From Eledone cirrhosa (Eukaryota), in the NCBI GenBank assembly GCA_964016885.1, contig OZ024742.1:295802001-295866000 (forward strand): a stretch of 64,000 nt of DNA, in the 5' to 3' direction. Positions 15,689 through 27,335 of this stretch are shown here, in pieces; position 1 is the first letter of the stretch; each line of letters begins with the position of its first letter. The notes beneath the pieces are model-generated. The model was not told the origin of the DNA and searched no databases. It saw only the letters and a program-made list of their open reading frames with translations. A program made the translations under genes and the position numbers.

Positions 15689-15721
<33 letters not shown>

Positions 15722-16150
15722 ATGAGTTGATCGAAATATTGATAGCATGGGCGATGTCGATTGGACTCCGCTTGTTCCCTCGCATATATAAATAGATAAC
15801 TCTTGTGTCGATTCGTTGCCAACATGAAACATCTTTTGAATACAATTTCCAAATTGACCTGTATTCTTTTAAAGTTTTTACTAGTTTTAGTCATTAAACC
15901 ACGACTCTACTGGGACATTGCATTAAAGGGATTTTAGTCGATCATATTGACCCCGGTACTTATATTTTCTAGTCTGGTGCTTATTTTATTGATTCTGTTT
16001 GTCGACCCGCAATGTCATGATATCTATAATTTCTACATTGATATCTCCCATTGAAATCTTCTGGCTAGAGTTTTATCTCCCGGAACTTTTAATATCATTT
16101 TTTTTTTAAAGTACACTCTCACATACAGATTATATATATATATATATATA

Positions 16151-16446
<296 letters not shown>

Positions 16447-16483
16447 AAGTTTAGATTATTTGTTTGCAAATTTGTCATGAGTA

Positions 16484-16526
<43 letters not shown>

Positions 16527-16720
16527 GGAAAAAATGAAACGAAATTTAATATCTCACTCTTAGTACGGCTGTTACTTAAATATAAGTATATATACGTACA
16601 TACATATATGTATACAGACGTACAGTAGGTAAATCCATATGTACATATATATATACGTGTGCATGTATGTATATATATATACATACTACTGTACGTCTGT
16701 ATACATATATGTATGTACGT

Positions 16721-16765
<45 letters not shown>

Positions 16766-16771
<6 letters not shown>

Positions 16772-17479
16772 AAGATCGAAATTAAGAGTATTCCGCAGTT
16801 CACTGTAATAATAATAATAGTATTAGCTCAAAGAAGAATAGAGAATTTCCTTCTGAGCTCAAATGCAAATATATTACACAAAGAGAAGTGTGTTACACAG
16901 TGAGATGTGTGTAAATAATTATTACAAGTGAGTTTTACCGTTACTGTATAGAGAACAATATCTACAGGTTTAGCAATTAAATAGAAAAAAACTAAATCAG
17001 AATCAAATCTCTGAATTAGAGTTTTAAATTACCAACCTTATAACTATAAGTTTGCTGATACGAATCTCGCTTCGTTTCACCACTGATATGTGTAGTATAA
17101 CAGGCCACAGGATCCTCAGTCAGCAAATGTGGACACTTTTCACGACACATCTAACCTCATGGATAGAGAGAAAGCTAATATTCACGCTGCCCAGAGTAGG
17201 GCGAAATAACCTGTTATTTGCATCAAATAACTGCTCTCGTGGATTGGGGAAAATGCTAGAGAGGGCAGCCCAACCATTCGAATTTATTAGCTCAACAATT
17301 TGGAGCTCGTTAAGTATACAAAGATCGGAATTAAGAGTATTCCGCAGTTCACTGTAATAATAATAATAGTATTAGCTCAAAGAAGAATAGAGAATTTCCT
17401 TCTGAGCTCAAAACTCACTTGTAATAATTCTTTACACACATCTCACTGTGTAACACACTTCTCTTTGTGTAATATATTT
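16766..17479. mobile_element. Rearranged element A-B'-X-A-B in (TA)n, containing an HHR
   Basis: Direct repeat 16766-16863 / 17315-17412; inverted repeat 16867-16936 / 17410-17479. Confidence 0.85.
17051..17127 (-). ncRNA. Type I hammerhead ribozyme (canonical core)
   Basis: Minus strand: TTTGCTGA CTGAGGA tcc...ggt GAAA cgaa-gcgaga-ttcg TA TCAGCAAA: 8-bp stem I, 4-bp stem III, GUA site. Confidence 0.88.
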
Positions 17480-17747
17480 ATATATATATATATATATTTG
17501 ACTGGTCCAGGGTGGTGTATAAAATTGTATAGTGTCGTGATGCTGGTAGGAGTTTGCCAGAGACAGATAGTATCTGCAATGGAAAAACGTCAATGGAAAC
17601 ATTATTTCCTTGGTCCTTCCTCATGATCGGCTCCTTCCCTTATAAGCTTTAGACAGTATAGATATAGCGCATTAAAAACATGGCTGATAATGTTTCTTAG
17701 TCTATAGTGATAATTTGTGGGCTGTGTGTGTAAGTGTTAGTATATAC

Positions 17748-17789
<42 letters not shown>

Positions 17790-17823
17790 CACAAGAATCA
17801 AAGCTATGTTCAAAGCATTTATT

Positions 17824-17870
17824 CACTTACAATTGTTTCATCCAAACCTAAGCTTGGTGTCTTCGGAGCA
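17824..17870 (-). ncRNA. Minimal type I hammerhead with CCGAAGA core and palindromic stem III
   Basis: Minus strand: tgct CCGAAGA ca ccaa-gcttaggt-ttgg at GAAA caattg TA agtg. Confidence 0.65.
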
Positions 17871-18484
17871 TTTTTAAATGTTTGTACACATAATTGACCT
17901 CCTTTCCAACGCAAGAGACATACAGATATATATATATATATATTGATGTACAGTGGGGTGACATATATTATACTATATTATTTCTGTATAGCAATTCAAA
18001 TTCAAAATCAAAGCCAAAATTAAAATTAATACAAAATTAAAACAAAATTAAAATAAAATTAAAATAAAATTAAAATACATTCGGCAGTTAACACAGATAA
18101 TGCAAGAGGATAGTTTGTTAGTCAGATGTAGTAGTTAGTGTATGCGTTAGTTACACGTGGGGCATGCAAGTGTGTCTCATTTATATACGATTATTGTGTG
18201 GCAGGGTGTTACATGTAATACAAGCACTTTAAGCGGGTAAGTAAGAGTATTATGGTGGTTGTGGTGGTAAGGTATTTTTTGTATATAATAAAAAAGTATG
18301 TGTGCAGAAAAATAAAAATAAAAATTATATATAATTGCTCTGTAGAACAACTGAAGTTATTACATTGAGCTATTTATCTTACTGGTAATAAGGTAGTAAT
18401 AAATTACTGACCTTCACTGTTTAGGGTTTAAAATATACATAACTATAAAAAGTTTTAGTATATACATAACCATAAATAGTATCC

Positions 18485-18558
<74 letters not shown>

Positions 18559-18561
18559 TAT

Positions 18562-19183
18562 ATATATATAAAACTGAGGATGTCTGTCTCTGTGTGTGTG
18601 TGTGTGTCTGTGAGTTTGAATCCCTAAAACTCGAGAAGTACCCAATCGATTTTTTTCAAACTGTACATGTGTATTACTTATGTTTCAGGGAGTGTTATGC
18701 ACATAATTCAACTTTTTGATCCCCTATTTCGCATTAGGCGAAAAACTGCGTTTTTTCCCCAGCTTTTTAGGGTTTTTTTTAGGCGTTACGTCAAACCGAT
18801 TTCCTTGAAATTGAAACTATGTATTAGTCAGTCTCTTCTTCATACCGTGAGCAAAGAAAATCCAACTTTTTTGTGGCCTAGATGAAAAACTTCATTTTTT
18901 CAGCTTTTTAGGGGTTTTTTGAGGCGTTACGTTAGCCGATTTTCCCAAAATTTCAAGGCATATTATGCACATAAAAAAATTCATTTTCTTGATCCCGCAT
19001 TAGGTGAAAATATGCATTTTTCTTGCTTCATCGAGGACAATCTTAAAGATTATCCAGCCATCAGAGTATTCGGTTTATTTTCTTTACATATTGTCCAGGC
19101 ATGCAGTTTTTTCACGATTAGGTCTGTTGGCGGCCCGCGTTCCAAAATACCTTATCCCGTACAACGCCGGGTACCACTGTTAG
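18562..19183 (+). mobile_element. Non-autonomous Helitron-like element
   Basis: Same ends as 50767-51349; subterminal hairpin cccgtacaacgccggg and degenerate TTAG end. Confidence 0.7.
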
Positions 19184-19204
19184 TATATATATAAAATGAA
19201 TATA

Positions 19205-19298
19205 TAAACCCGTAGACCAAATATTTATTATAATATTAGTACAGATTAAAGTTCAAGCAAAGGAATTCTGCTTTCACCCTTTTGCGGTGTCTTCTGAG
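19205..19298 (-). ncRNA. Diverged, 5'-truncated copy of the CAGAAGA hammerhead family
   Basis: Minus strand: CAGAAGA c acc-gcaaaag-ggt GAAA gcag..ttgc TT gaactttaatctg..aataaatatttggtctacgg; homologous to 6448-6530. Confidence 0.6.
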
Positions 19299-19307
19299 AT
19301 ATATATA

Positions 19308-19386
<79 letters not shown>

Positions 19387-19506
19387 AAGGAGAGAAAATG
19401 TAAGAGATAATTAGGAACATCAAGATGAAACGGACGGGCTCACTGTTGGAACTAAACATTCTGCAACTCATCATGTATTGAGTACTACTCTGATTTCCTC
19501 CACCCC

Positions 19507-19566
<60 letters not shown>

Positions 19567-20149
19567 TGCTGTCCCTGGGTACTAATTTATTATATTAACA
19601 TATGAAGTATGAAACCGTACACATGTGGTGGCTATTAGCTTTTTTTTTTTTACTTTTGTAAATTCCTATCTTTGAGGATGCCTCATAACAAGACGATCTA
19701 CTCTCTCTCTCTCTCCCTCTCTCTGAGCAACAGCTTTGTCCTAACGTAAACCAGTGAGTCACCATTGATAAGTTAATTCATCTCTGTGTCAATACATTGC
19801 TATACGCTATCTCTGTTGATAGCATCTGTTATCACTTCTCAGAATAAAAGCTGCGATAGAATTTTTTGAAACCAACCTACATGTTTACGTAAATGCCTTA
19901 TGGTATTTTTAGTTACAGATCTTTACGGTTTGATTTCAAATTCCTTCGAGGTCAACTTTCGCCTGTTATCCTTCTGGGGTCAATAAAATAAAGAACCAGA
20001 CAAGCTTTTAACCTCTTGCAGAGTCGTAGGGGCACAGCTGTGATATTTAACACCAACATTGCTTTAACGAAACGGAAACATTTCAAACTTTGCCTTGGGG
20101 TAGGAGGAGATCAATACAAATTAAACATTAGTATAGCTTGCGAAAACAT

Positions 20150-20372
20150 AATGATTTCTACTTTGGGGACAAGGCCAGCAATATTGGGGAGAGGAGAAAG
20201 TTGATTAAATCGACACCAAGTACATTACTAGTGCTTTATTTTATCGACCCCGTAAGGATGAAAGGCAAAGCTTAACTTCGGCGGGATTTGAACACAGACC
20301 ATAAAGTGCCGTAACTATATGTTGCAAAGCATGGTGTCCGACGCTCTACCGATACTGCCAATCCACCACCCT
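20150..20372 (-). mobile_element. tRNA-derived SINE (dominant family)
   Basis: Homologous to 14654-14845. Confidence 0.85.
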
Positions 20373-22589
20373 CTTCTGAAAATAAATAGATACTGAATAT
20401 AATTAACAAGAAGGTGAAAAGGAGGTGTAGAGAAAGAATCGATTCAAGTACTTGATTGGTACTTTATTTATCGACTTCGGAATCCCAGTGTGTGTCTGTG
20501 AAACATACATATACACCAGGTCCGAACACGAAGGAACTAAGCTCTGACTGTCACTGCTTGTGTCTCTCCCACTTTCCCAATCTCTCACTATTATGAGCAA
20601 ATGGTGGCACACGCGCTGGCCGCCCAGCGGGGCCGGCGGACATTAAATGAAAAGTTCCCTTGGCGGGATTTGAACTCAGCGCGTCGGAACCAATAACACA
20701 AAGCATTCTATCTGACCTTCTAACGACTATCAATTCGCCGCCTTAACAATACAAGTATTGGAGACGATTTAATCGACCTTCCACCCCCACCCCCACCCCC
20801 ACCCCCAAATTGCTGATCTTGTGCCGAAATTAAAATCACTATGATTTACTACTTGTTTTTATTCTCCTTTGAAGATATTTTCTCATTAAAGGGGTCTTTC
20901 AAATATTTCTTTTATGTGAAAGAAATTAAGCTTCTTGTTAATTAGATTTAGTCTTTATTACTTATTTTCGGAAGCTATACTAATATTTAACTTGTATTGA
21001 TTTCCCTCAAGGCAGTTCTTGAAAGGTTCCCATATCGTTAGAGTAGTGCTGGCGTTAACTAATTACTTAGACGTTGGACACTAGGAAAGTTGATGATGTT
21101 TCTTGGAATTCCACTTTCATTCAGATTTCCAGCAATTATTTAAATACAGAGGAGTAGTTTTTTTACTTTTGCTTTGCTTCATGCTCAGTCACGACACCTA
21201 AAAAGAATTGCCTCCACCCAATTATTCAAACTAGTACATAATTGTTTTAGGGACGGAATAAGTAATATTCGACTTCATTAAACAAAGCTATGATTATGGG
21301 TTACATACATATATCAGGGGCGGTGGAAGCATTTCTGAATTGGGGGGGGGGGGGTCAATTTAGTTGTAGTGGTTAGTTTAGCTGTTATTATCAAATATCA
21401 ACCAAGATATATAAAAAAAAACTTCAATATGAGATAAACATAACATGCACATAAATTGTAGCGCATATATACAAAAAGATGCGTATTTGGTAGTTTGGGG
21501 AGAAAAATATAATTATTAGGGGGGGGGGGGGGGCATATCCCCCCACCCACCCCCAGTTCCACTGTCACTGTACATACATACAGAGAGAGAGAGAGAGAAC
21601 GCCGTTGACAAAGTACGGTCATTTCGTAACATTCATGCAACAAGCCAAGCGAATAAAAAATAAAAAGGCTGCATAGTTATATTATAATATAGATTGCCTC
21701 TCTGTGAAGCGTACACTCACATGCATAATCACTGTCTCAGGCAAATGTCGTGTGTCTTAAGCTGTTGGATCTTGAGTTATGTCAAGTGCACATCTCCAAA
21801 CCGCAGTCGTCGGAAAAGCTAGATATTGCCACTGCAAGCTAAAATTTTAAATGATTCATCACTTATAAAATGAGTTCATTGCTTGTAGTGATAAACTGCA
21901 CCCCTCATGGTATTTCACAGTTCAGTTTACATACAGTGTCTTAGCAAGATATGTGTTTTGCTTACTAAATATACGAACAATGGCTCCTTTAACAAGTAGA
22001 TTAGTACCTTATTAATTTAACCAACATCAGCTGAAAACATTATTCACACAAATCAATGCCTCACCCGAAAGATTTCTGTATTGTTAGCAGTATTAACGTT
22101 AACTAATTGTTCCGATATTAAACACCAGAAAAATTGAAGATACTTACTAGAATTTAATTCCAGTGAATTATATAATATATATTCAACAGGGATATCAGCT
22201 AAGTAAGTGGATTACAAAGACGTGGATTAATTTTTAAAGTCTAGAGATATGTTGCTTTTTATGTTACGCTTATAAGAGAAAGAGCCACACGCGTGACCCT
22301 TTCATGGTCTCCGAGATTGGATGGAAGAAGAGAGGAATTTATCTGAGACAGAATATCTACCTCGAATTCTTGCAATAAAAGTTTACTAAAAGCAACCAGG
22401 GAATAGATGGTGGTACTAAACCAAACGACGAATTAAGCTAAAGTGGATTCCGCTAAAAGCAGCTAAGAATCAGTTGAAGGTAGTATGTCAAGCGGTCGAT
22501 TGCGTTTAACACTCAACAGTGCTGGTTTAGGGAAATACAAGATATTTATCGTGAGCTGTTGCTAACATAAATAATCTATTATCTAGTTA

Positions 22590-22770
22590 TTGATACTTCT
22601 TCGAATTGAGAGATCACAGCTCCAATATTATAGGCATGTTGTTATAATGTCTCAGGAAAGAACCGCCGGACAGATTTTACGGACAAAAGCAACCGACAAG
22701 ACACCCAGAAGTAGACCCCGAGCAAGATGGTTGGATAACAACCATGAACTTGGCTGGTCTCGCTTAGGGA
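22590..22770 (+). mobile_element. RTE-type LINE 3' fragment
   Basis: LRIERSQLQYYRHV..MSQERTAGQIL..PRSRPRARWLDN; homologous to 45440-45680. Confidence 0.75.
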
Positions 22771-23247
22771 AATATGTTAAACAAATTATTAATTAATTCT
22801 TAGAACTTAGAAAATTTCACAATATCAATGCAATCATATTTGTCCATATATGATTTCAGCATATATCTTATTTGTAATTAAAACGATACTATAGCGAGAA
22901 TACTGGGTTGTATGAATGTAACAAGGAATACATGGTTTGGTGTGTATAATATTTAATTAACAATGGTAGATAGATAGTATAGTTGAAATGTCAAAGATGA
23001 GGATGATAGAATGAAGCAAAGTTAGTAGTTACCGTTTTGATTGCCAGGCAAACGCGGCTGGCAGAGGACGCCTAGCTAAGGCCAGGCGCCTGTTGGCCAA
23101 ATGAGAGGCTCTTGACCTGGTGCCGAAAAGGCAATGAGAGAAAGAGAGCTTAAAGTTGTTAGTTTTATAGGGCTCTGACCGGAAGTTGCAGAAAGGGTTC
23201 TACTTCCCGTCTAGATCCTAATCAAAACAAGGGAGACAACCGCTACA

Positions 23248-23261
23248 TAACCTCCCGCCAG
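23248..23261 (-). promoter_or_regulatory. Polypurine tract-like signal
   Basis: Minus strand ctggcgggaggtta immediately before the 3' LTR (TGTAGCG). Confidence 0.6.
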
Positions 23262-24611
23262 AATTTTAGTGTATAAAAATCGAAATGAAAATATGTAGCA
23301 AGTTGGCGAGAATGTTGTAACAGGCATGAAAATTACGACAAAAGAATGTTTGGAAAAATCAATGATAGATATCAAGGTAGCCAACCGCTCTTGGCCAGAG
23401 AACGACTGGACATCCATCTATCCATCACCCAAAGATACAATGTAATAAAGTAAAAGTAATAGAAGAGCTCAAAGTTCAAATGTACAAAATATAGTTCACA
23501 GGTGTGCAATCACATGACAGCAGGAAAGAAAGTGTGTTCCAGAGAATGAATGCAGGTGGTCTCTGTTCTGTGGTATATCGTGAAATTTCCAACCTCCGAA
23601 TGGATTTTCTCACAGGAAGAGTGCTGCAAAAATAAATTCTCTGGCTTTGGTGAAGCTGTGTTGATGTATTGCTGTTGCTGTTATATTGCTGTTGCTGCTG
23701 CTGTTGTCTCGCTGAGTGAGCGTATTCGGTGTTTAAATTCACAGTAAAAAAATTTTTTTAGAAAAAATGAGTTGCGCAAAGTGCTAGAAATAGCAGCCGA
23801 AGTTGATGGTCGATGTTGAGAATGCGTTGACCTGGAAGGGTCAAGAGGCCAGCGACCAGAGAAATAAGCATTCTTAATAAATGCGCGGTTATCAACGGTA
23901 AATTTACATTGTAAATTTATAAACCGGCAAATAGAAGAATATAGCTTAAGGCTGAAGAATCCCTGGCGAGAAATGTTATCTCAGGCGTGCGGCTATGTCT
24001 GTGAGTAGAGACATCTCTGTGAATCGAGAATTTGTGCTGCCTACACGTGCCAATACAAGGTTGAAAAAAATAATATTTCTAACGTGCGAGAAAATGATAG
24101 TGCAATTTTGAAAGTGACAATGATGAAAAAGAAAGGCTTCACTCAGCATAATTATTGGTGTGAACTTTGGGAAAAAAAAAACTTGAACGATGAAGAAAAC
24201 GATGAACAAAGAGGCAATGGTTCATCGAAAATAAATGTTCCTGTTGAAATGTTTTTTTAAAGAATATCGAATTTCTTTTTTTCCCTTTTTTTTGTTTTGA
24301 AAGAGTTCGTTGTAAGACACGAGAAACATATATATATCGTGAAATGTTTTTTTTTTTTTTGTTTGTTTTGAAAGTGTTCGTTGTAAGAAACGAGAAACAT
24401 ATATATATATTGGTGAAATGCGACAGTTAGTTGATGCGTGAGAGAAAAAGTCTGTCTGTGCGAATTCCACATGTGCGTGTGTGCGTGTCCTTGAGTATTT
24501 TCATAGTTTGTCGCTAAATTTGCTGTGTATTCGTAATGTTACTCACAAAACCAGACGTGCTATTTTTTCTTTGGGGGGGGGGGGGGGGGGTGACCACTTA
24601 TAGCGATGAAC

Positions 24612-24643
24612 GGCTGCGTGTTCGTATCACGTCAGGGTTACCA
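24612..24643 (-). promoter_or_regulatory. Primer binding site complementary to tRNA-Trp
   Basis: TGGTAACCCTGACGTGAT, 1 nt from the 5' LTR; 16/18 match to the tRNA-Trp PBS TGGTGACCCCGACGTGAT (as recalled); similarity continues through GAACACGCAGCC. Confidence 0.8.
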
Positions 24644-27098
24644 ATATAGCGAGAATACTGGGTTGTATGAATGTAACAAGGAATACATGGTTTGGTGTGT
24701 ATAATATTTAATTAACAATGGTAGATAGTATAGTTGAAATGTCAAAGATGAGGATGATAGAATGAAGCAAAGTTAGTAGTTACCGTTTTGATTGCCAGGC
24801 AAACGCGGCTGGCAGAGGACGCCTGGCTAAGGCCAGGCGCCTGTTGGCCAAATGAATGGCAGAGCCAAATGAGAGGCTCTTGACCTGGTGCCGAAAAGGC
24901 AATGAGAGAAAGAGAGCTTAAAGTTGTTAGTTTTATAGGGCTCTGACCGGAAGTTGCAGAAAGGGTTCTACTTCCCGTCTAGATCCTAATCAAAACAAGG
25001 GAGACAACCGCTACAATACCATCATAATAAATATATGTATAGACCCGTGACTTCTGATGTAGTCATAGGAATGCCATAGTGATACTGTGGGTCTTGAACA
25101 TTTTAAACTTGGTGGAGTCGAACACTACAAAGTCCTTCTAGAGAAGGTGAGAGTCATCAGCAGGAAGTGAGAATTACTGAAAGAATCGATCCCAATACTA
25201 GACAGACTTTTTTTTATCAACTTCAAAAGGATGGAAGGAAAGTTAATCTTATTGGGATTTGAATTCAGAGTGCAGAGAGCCGGAACAAATACCGCAAAGC
25301 ATTCTATCCAACGTTTTAACGACTCTGCCAATTCGTCGGCTATCATCAAAAGAAATGCACAGGCATAAACTGTCGTTCGATTTAACATTATCGTCTGGGT
25401 GTTAATGGAGTGCACTCTGATGCAAACATTCGGGCCAGGAATCCTGTTTGATGATAACTTTCTGCTAACCCTTCCATTAGTCTTCGAGGCCTTGAAAAGT
25501 GTCAGGAGTATTGTCCTCTCTTCTGCTACTAAACAGTAATTTCTTTTTAGATACACGACTGAATACCATAATCTTCTATTTTGTCTCTTAATGATATCAA
25601 ACTTTATTCCTATTAAGAAACAAATATCTATTTTGAGATGTAAACAAGATAAATATAAGATATATCTCTTGCTTGGGTTTATCTCCCGCATTTGCTTGGT
25701 GTTCAAGTTGTGACCATAGTGTCTGTTGCAGAATTGTTTTCCTAAATGTATCCTTAATGTGTATATCTGTATAGGATGTATGAAATAAAAACAGCATTTC
25801 ACTAAGCCACGAGACCGGGTGACTTTGAATGGAATGGACCTCCGTTGGTTTCGACGATTACTAATCTAGTTGTTTGATTGGATAAATAGGACAGCATACT
25901 CTTGAAAATGAGTATTCCACAGGCACGAGTACCTTTAACGTAATTCGAAAGCTTATCACTAAAAAAATTAATTGAGAAATTTGCAGTAGGTTAAACGTAA
26001 ACGTAAAATCGGAAATGTTTTGATCTTGCCTTCAAACGTAATGTAATTTCAACAAATATGAATTGCGAAATAATTCTTTTCTTTTTTTAACATTTCATGA
26101 ACATTGTCGTAACCTGCAGCTTCGGAAACATATCTCTGCAAAATAATTTTTTTAAATATGCATTATTCATGTAGAAAATTTATGACATCCTGATTGATGT
26201 TATTCGTTTTCATGATGAAATAAATATCCCAGTTTACGTGTAGCCTATTACAAATACAAATCGAAAGTTCAGTAAATGAAAGCATTAACGAAAGGAATTA
26301 TATGATATTAAAAGTAAAAAAAAAAAAAAGATAAAATCCATTTATTTTCCAACCTAGTCGTAAACTACACACGAGGAAACGCATGCTTTCAAAATTTCCT
26401 TACAAAGAAAAAATATGCATTATTAAGAAAGTTATGAAGAAATAAAGTCGGATGGGTTGGGTTGGAGACATCAAGCTATAATTATGCTAATTAGAGTTAT
26501 CGTGTTTGTCACATTGAAAGTCACGGGAAAAAAAAAAGAAATTGGAAAATATAGTCACAGAAAAATAGTTAAAAATAGAGAAAACAAAGTCAGAGAAAAA
26601 AAGAATGTCGCAGGAAGACTTCACTAAATGACTAATTGAATAGTCTTTTTTGTTTGGTGTTTGGGTTTCACTGTTTTATTTAGGATATTAAATAAAACGC
26701 AATTTATTTTTTTTTTTCATTTTGACATTAAACAGTGTTGTCATCGCGTACAAGTCATGTATTGTCAGTTAATAAAAAGTGACTTAAAAAAATATTATTT
26801 GTTTAATTACTTCGACTATTATTTATAGTGTCTAAAAGAAATATGAGAATTTGTTTTTATTTTCCATGTGGTGTTCACTACAACATTAAATGTTATGACT
26901 ATTTACTAGCTGACCCCCGTGGAAATTCCACGGTAGAATTAAAACAACCAGTACTGTATAATATATTATTTGTGTGTGTGTGTAAAATATATATATATAT
27001 ATATATATATGACTTTGATAGGTTTCGGCCAATATTAGCAAAGGCCGTGTCTAACTTGATAGCACCACACACACATAATATATATATATATATATAGA

Positions 27099-27199
27099 CA
27101 GGGTGGGCCAGAATTTATGACTCGCAGGTTTTTTATTTATTTATTTCTGTTAATAGATCTATAAATAATCAAGTGAGTCATGAATTCTGGCCCACCCTG
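27099..27199. mobile_element. Tc1/mariner-like MITE
   Basis: TIRs cagggtgggccagaatt..atgactc / gagtcat..aattctggcccaccctg. Confidence 0.8.
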
Positions 27200-27301
27200 T
27201 ATATGTGTGTGTGTGTAAAAGGTGAACAGAAATAACAAGACAAACGGCACAGTACATGGAAGAAATATAATAGTTTCACGCTTGAAATGGCAAGAAGATA
27301 G

Positions 27302-27335
27302 TCTTAACGTTTCGATCCTTCATCTTCATCAAAGA
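27302..27335 (-). ncRNA. Degenerate minimal hammerhead lacking stem III
   Basis: Minus strand: tct TTGATGA a gat-gaagg-atc GAAACGTTA aga; palindromic AACGTT in the stem III position. Confidence 0.5.

Larger units (their letters stand above)
22890..25015 (-). mobile_element. Non-autonomous LTR retrotransposon (Gypsy-like signals)
   Basis: Near-identical LTRs 22890-23247 and 24645-25015 with termini T(A)TAGCG..CGCTACA; 4-bp TSD ATAC; PBS and PPT on the minus strand; no gag/pol recognised. Confidence 0.92.

Noticed and set aside
17195-17225. gccc/gggc-GAAA-taac/gtta half hammerhead on +
   Set aside because: No CUGANGA upstream.
19420-19455. GAAA-cgg..ctg-TT half hammerhead with a tail resembling 16280-16330
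   Set aside because: 5' core is missing, so it is not called as a ribozyme.
23950-23990. CTGAAGA..GAAA inside the LTR element
   Set aside because: Stems I and II do not pair, so no evidence for an LTR retrozyme.
25125-25802. 225-aa ORF on the minus strand
   Set aside because: No recognisable domain and it runs through a SINE; other frames look more protein-like.
27014-27050. ggcc..ggcc-GAAA on the minus strand
   Set aside because: Upstream linker is not CUGANGA-like.
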